From Amphiscolops sp. MND2022 (taxonomy: Eukaryota): 64,000 nucleotides of DNA. A model generated the notes under the pieces. That model was not told the origin of the DNA, searched no databases, and worked only from the letters and a program-made list of their open reading frames with translations. The stretch is from contig OZ076409.1 in assembly GCA_964187785.1 (NCBI GenBank), forward strand, positions 4,962,001-5,026,000, read 5' to 3'. Below are positions 37,301-49,300 of this stretch, piece after piece; position 1 is the stretch's first letter; each line of letters opens with the position of its first letter. A program made the translations under genes and the position numbers.

Positions 37301-40300
37301 GTGCTGGTTAGCTATTCTCCTAATGTTAGATTAATATACGATTTTGCCGATGATGCGAATTCTTCAGCCATTTTCGTGTCCAGCCTTTTTCCCAAAGATT
37401 TAAAAATCTTCGGTAAGTCGCACAGTGCCGAAACAATTCCAAAGTGGGTCCCTTTGGTCTCGCCCTACTTTTGCTAACATGAAAACATGCTCAGGTCATA
37501 ACTAGCTGTTTTTTCGAGCCTTGAAAGAGATCTACGAAGACGTGAGGCGGTGGAAGCAAGACAAGGATCTGAATGAGAAGCGGGTGCGGGTGCTGAGCAA
37601 AGACAGCCACGGCAAGTTCGACTGGGTTGTCACCAACTGGGACCAGCTCAGGGTGGGCAACATCGTCAAGATCACCAGCTCCTCATCGCCCTCGGGGGAC
37701 ATCGGCAACAACTCCCGACTCTCAGCAGACATCCCTGCAGACCTGCTCATACTCGCTACCAGGTAAAAAAAAGGCGGTTGATCTTTTCTCTATCTTTGCA
37801 AGCATAAACAAAAACTTTTGGAAAAGTCTCACAGTGCCGAAAAATGCAAAAAGGGAACCCTCTGCGCTTTCCTCTACCTTTGCGAGAATAAATGAAGACT
37901 TTTGATACTCGCTACCAGTGTATGTACTGTGTGTAGTAATGCGTGTTGCGGCTCCACCCGTTGCCTAGTGGTTAGATACCCCGATTTTCATCCCCGAGGT
38001 CCCGGGTTCGAATCCCGACCAACGCCAATATTCAAACATTTTCACGAAACCCACTCATGCTCAACAAACATACATGTAGGGTTTGGTGAAAATGTTTATG
38101 AATAGTAGCGTCGCATGAGGATTCGAACCCGGTACCTCAAGGATGAAAATCAGGATATCTAACCACCAGGCCACGGATCTGCAACAAAACAAAGGTCGAG
38201 CCGGTCAAAATTGCCCTTTCCGACAATAATATATGCGCGTTTGTTAGTCAGCGCTTTTTTGTAAGTTTAGTCGGCGCTTTTATTAATAAAAGAGCCAGAC
38301 TATTACAGTCACTCGTTTTTTTATTTAAGACAGACTCGAAGCGACGAACGTTAACGTTCAGTGTCTTCAACTAAAGGAAACTAAACGAATACCCCGGAAA
38401 CGCATCTAAGTTATTCCAAAGGGTCCCCCCTTTGGTTTTTTTTACTTTTTAAACGTTGCCTACAAACGCGGACGGGACTAAAGGGTCCCCCTTTCGATTT
38501 TTTTTCGGCACTGTGCGACTTTTTTTTCGAAATTTTTTTTGTCTCCAAAGAGTCCCCCCTTCAAGTTTTTTGATATTTTACAGCAAATTGAAGTTTCAAA
38601 AAGCCCAAAGGGTCTCCCCTTTCAAGTTTTTCGGCACTATGGGACTGGCTCAAAATTCTTATTTTTTGATTTTTCGTTTTTTTTTCTCGAATATTTTTTT
38701 AATGTCTCGAAAGGGCCCCCCTTCAATTTTTAAAATATTTTGTAACAATAGATATTAAACAATCCCAAAGGGTCCCCTATTTTAGATTTTTCGGCACTCT
38801 GCGACTTGTTCTCATTTGGTCAATGTGTACGGCCTTCACTTTCATAAATGATTTCAGCTTGAAAAAATTGATTTGCGAGCTAAAAGTTCCTTTTTCGACA
38901 CTACGAGACTTATTCCCGACAAATACGTTCGAATAAATAGTTCTCAAAAAATGTTTTCTTTGTGTTTCCATTTGGGGAAAAGTGGTTTTTTGAGTCTTAT
39001 GTGTATCCCTTGTTTTTTTCTTCATTCTGCGTGTCACCTTTTTTGTTACAGTTCAGACACGTTTTTGACTCGCCATTTTCGCATACACGGCCCATCGCCG
39101 ACTCAGTTTCAGCTCAAACGTTTGCCTGAAAAACTTTAATGTTTCATGAATGCGTTCTGTTTCAGTGAACTGGAAACTGGCTCATGTACAATCACTACAA
39201 AGAACTTGGACGGCGAAACCAACCTGAAGAACAAGCTAGCCCTGTCTCACACGCACAATGTAGTTATGAGCAGCGTTGGCAGCAACAGGACCAACGAGTC
39301 CAATGGAGCCAACGGCGGCGGCCTGACTGAGACCAAAATCAACAACTCTTTCTATGACTCTGTCGTCACTTCCGAGGCCGCCAACGCAGGTAAGAAGACG
39401 AGTCGTTGATCTCGATTTGCTTCCATTTCACACCTTTTCTGATTATACTTCGGAAGGGATATATACTTATAACACACCCGAATGAAGGAATATATTGCGT
39501 GAAAGTCGGCGCAAAAAAATTGGACACTGGTGAGATTCGAACTCCGTTCTCCTGCTTCGGAAACCAGCGTTCTAATCGCTAGGCCAACTGAAATCTCAAG
39601 GCCAATTTTATACCGGTTGCCGCCCAACCGTTTCTTCGCGTTCGCCTTTGTCTTGAAAAAAGAGTGATTAGATATCTGGCGATTTTAGTCATCTGGAAGC
39701 ACCGATTAAAGGTTGTTTTGGTGGACATTCTATTTAGCGCTTGTTTCCCCAAGTTTCGATCTTTGGTGATGTTAACTGTGTTATTTGGAGCAAGTTTTGT
39801 TTCACTTTTCTGACATCAATAATTTCCAAAGCCATCCAAAAACCTGGTCCGCAAACTTTAACCTCAGTATCTTCAAGTCCAATAAACTATTTATAGCGCG
39901 TTCGAAAAGACAATCAGGGCTATCAAATTGATTCTTGAACTTCGCAGCACAGGCTCCAGACTCCGCATGCCTCGTGTGTCTGACTGCCAGTGCATATCAG
40001 CATGTTTCAAAACATCATTACAGTGCCAAAAGTGGGTATTTTGGATTTTTGCAGTGGAATTCGGTAGACGGCAGTTGTGGAAAGCGTGCAGCGTAATCCA
40101 CTGGCAAATGCTGTTACGTTGCAGTCGAATCCACCTTTTGGCAGATTTCCTTTCAGTGGATGTAACTGTGGACATTGGATTCCAGTGTGGATTTCGGTGA
40201 CTTAATAGCATAAAAGTGTGCTAACCCACTTTTGGCACTGTAATGATGCTATTTTGTGGTCCCGGCTTCTTGATTTCAGAGACATCAAGTCAATAAATCG

Positions 40301-43300
40301 AGAAAATGCTTGCAATGCTATGTAATATTTTCTGAAAATTTATTGAATTTTTTTCACATGTTAAGCTAGTGCCTTCAGAACTTAACAGAAATTAGTTGAT
40401 ACGAAATCGTCCCAATCGTACATTTATGGTTAACATTTCAATTTCGAAAGTTCATAAGTCAAAGTTCATGAAAAAGGGTACTTTTTCAAAAGACGGAATA
40501 ACAAACACTATAGGATGTCTTAGTAGCGACAACCGATGATCATGGAAGGTCTATTTCAACATGCAACACACAAATTCATTGTTTTTTATTATTTTTGCAA
40601 AGCAGGAATAATATTAAAATCTGAAAGTTTTACTTTTTTTCTTGTGAAATTTTTGTTTATCCACTGAAAAATTCGGATATTTTGTACGGCAGTGAGTGTG
40701 AGTGTGAGATTTAAATTTTTCAAGCTGCCGACGACATTTCAATTCTCGTGCGATGAAGCGAGCGAGTGGTGGTTATGCTTTCGTGCGCCGAGTTATTGAG
40801 ATGAAGCGGACGAGTGTTAATTATTCGTTCACCGAGAGCTTCGCCTGCATTCAAATGCGAATGCGAATCTTCTTCTACGCTTAGTAGTTATATTTTCTTC
40901 AGTCCGAGAAGAATTAAAGGCGGTATAAACTGGTTCAGTGATCAATTGTGCGCTAAATAATGATTAAAAAGGAATGTATTGATATTTCAGATATGATTCT
41001 ATTATTGAAAATGAAAGATTGAAGCAGAAATAATTGTGTGCCGGAGGGGCCTATTTTTCGTCGTATTTTTTTTCATGACTCGCATTTTTTAGTCGGCGCT
41101 TTTCGAAGAAAAACGCAGACTATAGTAGTGACTTTTTTTTAAGACCAACGAACTGACAGATTTTATAAATTTTATAAGTTGGTACTAAACCGGCGCGAAC
41201 ACTAAACTGTGTCACGCTACTTCACTGCCACTTGGCCACTACGACTTTTTCGAGGTCTGACGAGCAGAATGACATGGGTTCGAGTCCCGCCATGACCAAA
41301 ATTTTTTTGTGCAAATTTGTTTTTTCGGCTTTGTGAGACTTTTTTCGCAAATATCTCCAAATGGTCCACCCTTCATTTTTTTGTCTATTTTGCAAAAGAA
41401 TGGATGTTAAAAAACTTCCAAAGGGCCCCATTTTACATGTTTTGGCACTATGCGACTTACGGGAGACCAAAAAAATTTTAAAAAATTCAAAAAAAATCGG
41501 AATTTTTTTTCAATTTTTCCTCAAACGGGTACTGTAGAAGAGAATACTTGACACTTTGAAGTCCTTTTGTTATTTTTGAGCCTTAGATATGGCGCCGACT
41601 TGGGCCGTTCCCGGCTTGTTTTAAATAACTGGGCGACCAACTAGCTACTGAAGTTTTAACTTGAAAAACATTGCTGGTTGTGTGAAGTTTGTTGGTGTTA
41701 CAGAAATTCCTCTGGGGCTGATGGAGTGTTCAGAAGCACGTTTCGTCATCAGCTGCGAGAGTCCCCACAAAAACATGGAGGTGTTCAAAGGCCAGCTGAA
41801 GGATTCCAAGAGAAGTAAGTGCAATTCTCTGAATAAGTCTGAACACGAGTCTGGGTCCCCCTCCTTCACTAAGTCGGCTGAAGAGGGAGCCCCCTCGGAG
41901 ACCCACTCCACCCAAGACTCTCTGTCCGTAGAACATGGCAATACCACAAGCGCCTGTAGACACCGCACAAATGCATTGTATATATTTATATGCTTAGATG
42001 TCCTCTATTCAGGAAAAACCATGGTGTCCTGAGTTTTGACATTGCTATTTCTTTTCGCTAATCGCTAAACCGCTAATTTCAAAATAATTATTTCGCTGAA
42101 AAAAATTTTACAAGGGTAAGAATTTGATCTTTTCGATATGTTCGAGGAAATTTTGACTTTGAACAATCTATTAGTTGCCGCTAATTTGAATCGATAATGA
42201 AACCGTTGAAAAAGTTTTGCGCGGCCGCTATTTTGCTAAATCGCTGATTAGCAGTGTCAAAACTGTGACTATGCCCCATGTATAAGCACTTTTTAAAATC
42301 CTAGGCGAGACTTCATATTTTTCAATCAGACTTTCCGATAATTGGTTTCTCCGACGAAAAATTCAAAAATCCTTTTCTCGACTTTGGCTATGAATTAAAA
42401 ATGCTTCGCTCAACTCTTCTTACAATTTGAAATGAACTCATTTTGTTTTCTTTGAATGAATAAGTTTTTTGGTGACACCTTCAATTCAATCCAGTGTTTT
42501 CACTCGCTAATAAAGATTCGCTAACCGATAACCTAGTTTTTAGGGTGCGCGCTATTCGCTTATGAAGACGTGTTCGTATAAATTTGATTTCGTTGTAATG
42601 TTAGAAATAGATTTTCATGTATAAATTTTCCAAAAAAAATTAAAATGAGATTTTTGAACAGTGTCACAGTGCCGAAAAATGTAAAAGGGGGACCCTTTGG
42701 GATTTTCTGACATCCATTGTGTTGCAAAATATCGAAACAAATGAAGGGGACCCTTTGGTGCAATCCAAAAAGTTTCAAAAAAAGTCGCATAGTGCCGGAA
42801 AAAAGTAAGGGGCTAATGGGGGATCCTTAGAGTATTTTCGAGGTTCTGGACGTCTCTTTTGTTTTTCTTTTCATTTTGGACGCGCTTCTGAGGTTCGAGT
42901 GTTTTGAATTTCCGTAGTTCAAGTTGTTGAACAAATGAACAAAAAAGTGGACCTTACGTGTCTAAAAAAACTACCCACTGTAAGAGTCAGGCACATTTTC
43001 TACTAAAATGCGCCGACTAAAAATAGCACTGGGACTTCAAAGTGTCAAGTATTTTTTTTACAGTGGCTAAAAACCCAAATGTTGGACCGAACTGGCGCGC
43101 TAGGTATCGATCGGATTTTTCAAGCGTCCATTTTGCTGCAAAATATCAAAAAAATTAAAGGGACTTTTTTGAGAAAAAAAATTTCGAAAAAAAACTGACA
43201 ATGCCGAAAAAATGAAAGGTGGGACCCTTCAGTCTAGCTCGGTATTGTATGTTACGCTGAAAAGAAGGAACAACTTTTATAGTACAGTTCCTTGAGCCAA

Positions 43301-46300
43301 ATGTTCCAATTTGACACCTCAAAATTTTGTAGAACTTTGTATAACTATTTTGGTCAGTTCGTGTGGATTGAAAAAAGGTCACTATTGCACATGACGAAGT
43401 CAATGTGCATTGCAGTCCAGCTAAGTAAGTTTTTTTCCACTATAGTCAACTTCATAATGAGCGCCTTTTAGATAAAAGCCAAAACCCCAGAGAGATTCGA
43501 ACCTGCAGCCTCCCGATTGCACGGCATAAGTGTTGACCACTGTGCCATAGGGACATTATTGAACAAAGTTGAACTGTTGAATATATACGCATGCGATTGA
43601 AATAATATATACGCATATTAAAATAATCGATGTCTTCGTCATGTGTTGCGAAGCACCGCTTCGCCTCTGTGTAATAGTTGCGTTTCACTTCATGAAGCGC
43701 CGACAAATAATTGAGAAAAGCCTCTTACAGGAATGAGTGAGTGATTTATGATTACATTGAATTGTGCGCGGTGTCTAGCGAGTGGCGAGGGAGGGGCAGC
43801 ATCCAGAAGCAAGTCTGACACATCATCCACTTTGACCACCCTTCTGGACAGCAAGAGTGCAGGGGGGAGCAACGGGGTGGGGGCAGAAGATGTTCTAGTG
43901 CCTCTCAGCATAGACAACCTGTTGCTGCGCGAGTGCAAGATAGAGAACACGGAGTGGGTCATAGGGGCTGTAGTGTACACTGGACCCGAGGCCAAGATAT
44001 CATTGGTTAGTTGGTTGAACAACACTGTGTTTGTGTGTGCAAGGTTGGCTTGGCACGGCATGCTTCAAAACGTATGTTACAAAAGCATTCTATTTTTTTA
44101 AAAGAAAAAATATCGAGATTGATCATTGTTTTGCAACCCAATTTCAGACTTACTTCATTAGATACTGACATGATTCTAGAATATTGCGCAATTTCGACTC
44201 AACCTGTAGTACCCCCTCGTTCGTGTCACCTTGCTGAGAAAAGTAGAAAAATGAAAATCATTCCAGCGTTCTTTTCTTTTTTCATCTCATTTTCGCAAAC
44301 TGAAAGCCTGGATCAAAAATTGGGGGAACTGATTTCAAATGGAAGTCACGGAAATTGTAGTTGTATTATAATCTCGAAATGTTGGTGATGTGTGAACATA
44401 TTTTTGGGGGATTTAAGTGGTGTTTTTTTCTGTTCAGAACAGCAAGAAGGCGCCCCTGAAGCAATCATCTCTTGAGAAAATCACCAACATTCAAGTAAGT
44501 AATCAACTGTTGTTAGTCGGCGCATTTTAGTAGAAAATGTGCTCGACTCTTACAGTGGGTAGTTTTTTTTAGACACGAAAGGTCCACTTTTTTGTTCATT
44601 TGTTCAACAACCTCAAACTTCAACAACTTCAAACCTCAACAACTCCAACCTCAGAAGCGCGTCCAAAACGAAAAGAAAAAACAAAACAGACGTCCACAGC
44701 CTCGAAAACACACCTTAGCCCCACTTTTTTTCAGCACTTTTTTTGAAGTTTTTTGGATTGTACCAGAGGGTCCCCCCTTCATTTGTTTCGATATTTTGCA
44801 ACACAATGGATGTCAAAAAATCGCAAAGGGTCCCCCCTTTTACATTTTTCGGCACTGTGACACTGTTCAAAAATCTCAATAAAAAATTTTTTTTGGGAAA
44901 TTTTTTCATGTCTCCAAAGGGTCCCCCCTTCAATTTTTTTTCAAATTTTTTGCAACCAGCTGGAGTTTCACAAAGCCCGAAGGGTCCCCCTTTTAAATTT
45001 TGAGCCTTAGATATGGCGCCGACTTTGGCCGTTCTCGGCTTGTTCATTCTCGCTTTTCGTGACATTCTGCAGGATAACAAACAAACATACTTTCCAGGAG
45101 TTATCAGCAGGTTTAGTTTTTCAAACCTTTCCTTTTTTGGCTTTAGTAATTGTTTTCTAAGTTGTGAAGATTTTGTTTCGGAATCTAACGCTGCTTAAGA
45201 GCCTCTGGAAAATTTTGGACGGTGACTGTGGGACATTTCCAGTTTTTGCATTTCTCGTCATTTCATCAATCAAATCATAAGTTTCACAAGACGCCCGCTG
45301 TGCACCGGGATACTTTTTGCCTTCAAACTCTAGGGTTTTTTCGAACCTCTGCCTCCTCCTTAGTATTACACGATATAGTTCGGATATAAGGTCAAAAAGT
45401 CGGATATAGCGCAATAATTTCGAACCTCCGGTTCCTCCTTAGTTAAACGAAATACATGAAACGAAACGAATCATGAATTAACAAGTGAAGGCATTAAGCA
45501 GCCGTTACAACTAGAATAGTCAAGTAATTCTAGTGTTATTACTGGTCAAGTGAGGTGAAACTGAGAGGAGACCTGGCAGAATTTGGAAAAAACGCAACAC
45601 ATATCATGATTTTCCTTCCCCCATTTATGGGGCGGAAAATAAAGTCTGCAATCAATTTAATGGAGTTTTTAGTCGGCGCCTTTATTAATAAAAGAGCCCG
45701 ACTATTACAGTCACTCGTTTTTTTCTTATTTTTAAGACAGACTCGAAGCGACGAAATTTTTGTTCAGTTTGTTGAACTAAACAGATACCTCTGAAAGTTG
45801 CATTTAAGTTAGTGCAAAGGGTCCCCCCTTTAGTTTTTCCTTTTATGACGTTACATACATACAAAACCGGACGAGACTAAAGGGTCCCCCTTTCAATTTT
45901 TTTGGCACTGTGCGACTTTTTTTCGATTTTTTTCTTGTCTCCAAAGGGTCCCCCCTTCAAGTTTTTTGATATTTTGCAGCAAACTGAAGTTTCATAAAGC
46001 CTAAAGGGACCCCTTTTACATTTTTTGGCTTTGTGAGATTATTCTAAATGATTATTTTTTGTCCTAAATATTGGTTTTCAAAAACTTTGCGCTGTTTGAG
46101 CCTTAGATTTAGCGCCGACTTTAGACGTTCCCGTCTTGTTTTAGTCTTTGGCTTGCTACCTGTATACAGTAGCGTTCACACCTTGAAAGTACAATTCAGG
46201 AGATCAATAAATTGCCTAAAACCCAAAATTGCCATTGACTTATTATGTACCCTGATTTTTAGTCGGCGCTTTTCTTGAGAAAAAATGTCGACTATAGTCA

Positions 46301-49300
46301 TGGCTGTTCGTCAGTGTTGTTTTTTAGGACCACCTGAAGTTACCAAAATAGTTCTACTAAAAGTTCTACAAAATTTAAAAGAAGGCTCCAAATTGTACCT
46401 TTTGGACCAGGTAACTGAACCAAAAAAGGATTTTCTTTTTTTGCGTAACATACTGTACCGATCGAGACTAAAGGGTCCCCCTTTGTTTTTTCGGCACTGT
46501 GCGACTTTTTTCCACCAAAGGGCCCCCGTTCAATTTTTTTTGAGAATGGATGTTGGAAAATCCCAAAGGGTCCCCCATTTAGTTTTTTCGGCATTGTGAG
46601 ACTTTTTCCAAAAACTTTTTCGGGTGCTGTAGAAGAGAATGTTTTGACGTTTTGCTATTTTTGAGTCTTAGATATGGCGCCGACTTGGGCCGGTCCCGGC
46701 TTGTTGCTTTGAGTCTTGGCTCTGTTCTGAGACCTCACTCCGTAGCATTGTTTAAGAACATTTTGATTGGTCAAGTCGAAAAATACTGTTAAGTCAGTGT
46801 GCCTTTAAAATTTGTTCGAATGATTCAGTGAACTTTTTTTGTTTTATGAAGGGTCATACGAAACTATTGTATGATAAACAAGACTGGAGCGTCTCAAGTC
46901 GACGCCCCTCTTAATGCTCAAAAAGTGTCTTTCGAATATGGTAAAGGGCTGTTTTATGAAAACTCAGTGGCGAAAAAGACATTGAGCGTAAAAGTTTTCA
47001 AAAATGTCTGTTAGACAATAAGGGGGACCCTTTGGCGAATATAAAAATTTTCTGATCGGATAGTGCCAAAAGAAACACTAATGGGAAACCAAACCCTGCG
47101 GCTGTGACATGACTACCAGAACCGTTTTTCAGGCCATTTTTTTCTGATTTCAGAGCAAGATCGTTTTCAAATTCTTTCAAAATGTTTGACAGGGCATTGT
47201 CTAGACCAGGATTGACACAAGAAATGTATTTCTCAAAAATGAACTAAAATGAGACTCATGGTTTGAGGTTATTTTAGCACTTGTCTCGTTTTTTTTTTCA
47301 GATCTATTTCATCCTGGGAATCATGCTGACCCTGGCGTTGGTGTGCTTCGTGGGTGCCCTAGTGTGGGCTGGTCACAACGAGGACGAGACCTCGTTCTAC
47401 ATTCCAGACGAGGACGCCACTGCTGTTGTCAAGAACGACCACGCCCAAAAGGCATTGATGGCCATCCAGAATTTTAAAGAATAAGGCTACCCTTTTCGAC
47501 AATTTTTTCAAAGAAAGAAAATAATGAATTGAGAATCGGTATAAAAATAAATCGATAAAAGGCGGTATGTTCCATTGAACCAAATAGAAATACTAAATGT
47601 TAACCGTGTATGTTGGGAATATCTCCCTAGGATCCCGTCTAGAAAGGGTATTTCGATAATTTTTGAGAAACTGTTTGCAGTCTGTGAGCTTTGGAAAGTT
47701 TGAAAAAAAATGTGGAACTGGAATTTTGGCTTGATTTACAATAAGAAATGTCGGAAAGTTGAAAAAAAACTAAATTCCGAATTTAAATGAAATGAACGAG
47801 CACATTCATTCATAAAAAACGGTAGTGTAAAACAGCAATAAATCAAAAGTACATTCAACTCCGCTTATAACGATTGCCTGTGGACCGGCGTTTTTTAATC
47901 GTTATCCGAATATCGTTATAGGCGAAAATCGTTTTATACTAACATCATGGCCGAGACCGTGAAACTCTATCGCTATAACCGGAATATCGGTATAAACGTA
48001 ATCGTTATAAACGGAGTTGAGTGTAATAAAATTAGGACTAACAATAACTAATCTTTCTAAATTTTAAACGCACATTAAAGATTCAGTTAAAAACGTTAAT
48101 CTTGCCAACATTTTATTCTATGCTCAGGTTGTTTTTTTCCGACCCACATTTTCAATGGGGAGGAAAATCATAATCTGTGTTGCGTTTTTTCCAAATTCTG
48201 CCAAATCTCCACGCTCCATCACTTGACTATTTAGTTACTTGACTATTTTAGTAGGAGGGGGAAATAAGATCTAGTCAAAAAAGGGAATAAGATCCAAAGG
48301 GAACAAGATCTAAAATTTCAGGACGGGAATAAGATCTGAAGGGAATAAGATCTAAAATCACTAAATTTTAGATCTTATTATTTAGATCCTACTCCCCTCC
48401 CAAAATAGCTATGGCTCAAGTGATGAAGGCGAAAAGGGAGGAAAATATCCCGGTGCTTAGCGGGCGTCTTGTTCAATTTTTCTCTTTGATTTGAGAGACT
48501 AAGAAAAGTTTCAATTAAAGAAAGTGCTTATATTGAAATCTGGTAACCAAATCGTCAACAAAATGTATGTTTTCAAGTCTACGGGTTCAACAATGACAGT
48601 CAAGTCCTGTATAGTGCAAAATTATTACCAATTCCGAAAAATCATTGATTTTATTTGTGCAGAACTAAACGCAGTCTCTCAATTCCGGAAATATACTTGA
48701 AAGGCTTTAGTAGTAATAAGGTGAGCCGACAAGTAACAAGATAGGACATCTACACACAGTTTCACCCAAGGTCATCGTAGTAGTGTGATGATATATGTAC
48801 TGGGTCCGAAGTTCGAATCCGGGGCTCTGAAAAACATATTTTGCTGTTTTTCAAACCCCGAGGACCGCATACATACATATACCATGTTTATTGGGAACTT
48901 ATTCAAGCTAAATCATTCATGAATATTTCGCGAATCATTCAGTGATTCAATTATTCGATGATCGAATGCAATAAAATTCCGGAGTTTCATCATACATATA
49001 CCCCAAGTTTCGCATTATTTAGGCTATCTCTGCCAGCATTTTATGGAGTTGGGAAAACACTCTATCTTGCCATGAGATGTAAATAGCCGATCTTGGAGAA
49101 TTCAATGTAGAAGCGCGAAAACACCAATTGGTTAATCAAAAGTTGTTGGAACTTTTCGACTATTATAATTCAAAAAATAACGACCCTGGCATATACAAAC
49201 GCATTATTACGATGACCTGATGACCTTTTTTCGGTTTCCTTCGGTTGAATCATGTGTGAATAACTTCAGGATGTTCGAAGGGGAAAAATGTCCGAAAACA

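Noticed and set aside
38456..38758. Many ORFs with QRVPP/KGPP/FFGTV peptides as a protein family
   Set aside because: These are translations of the non-coding HINE modules in arbitrary frames.
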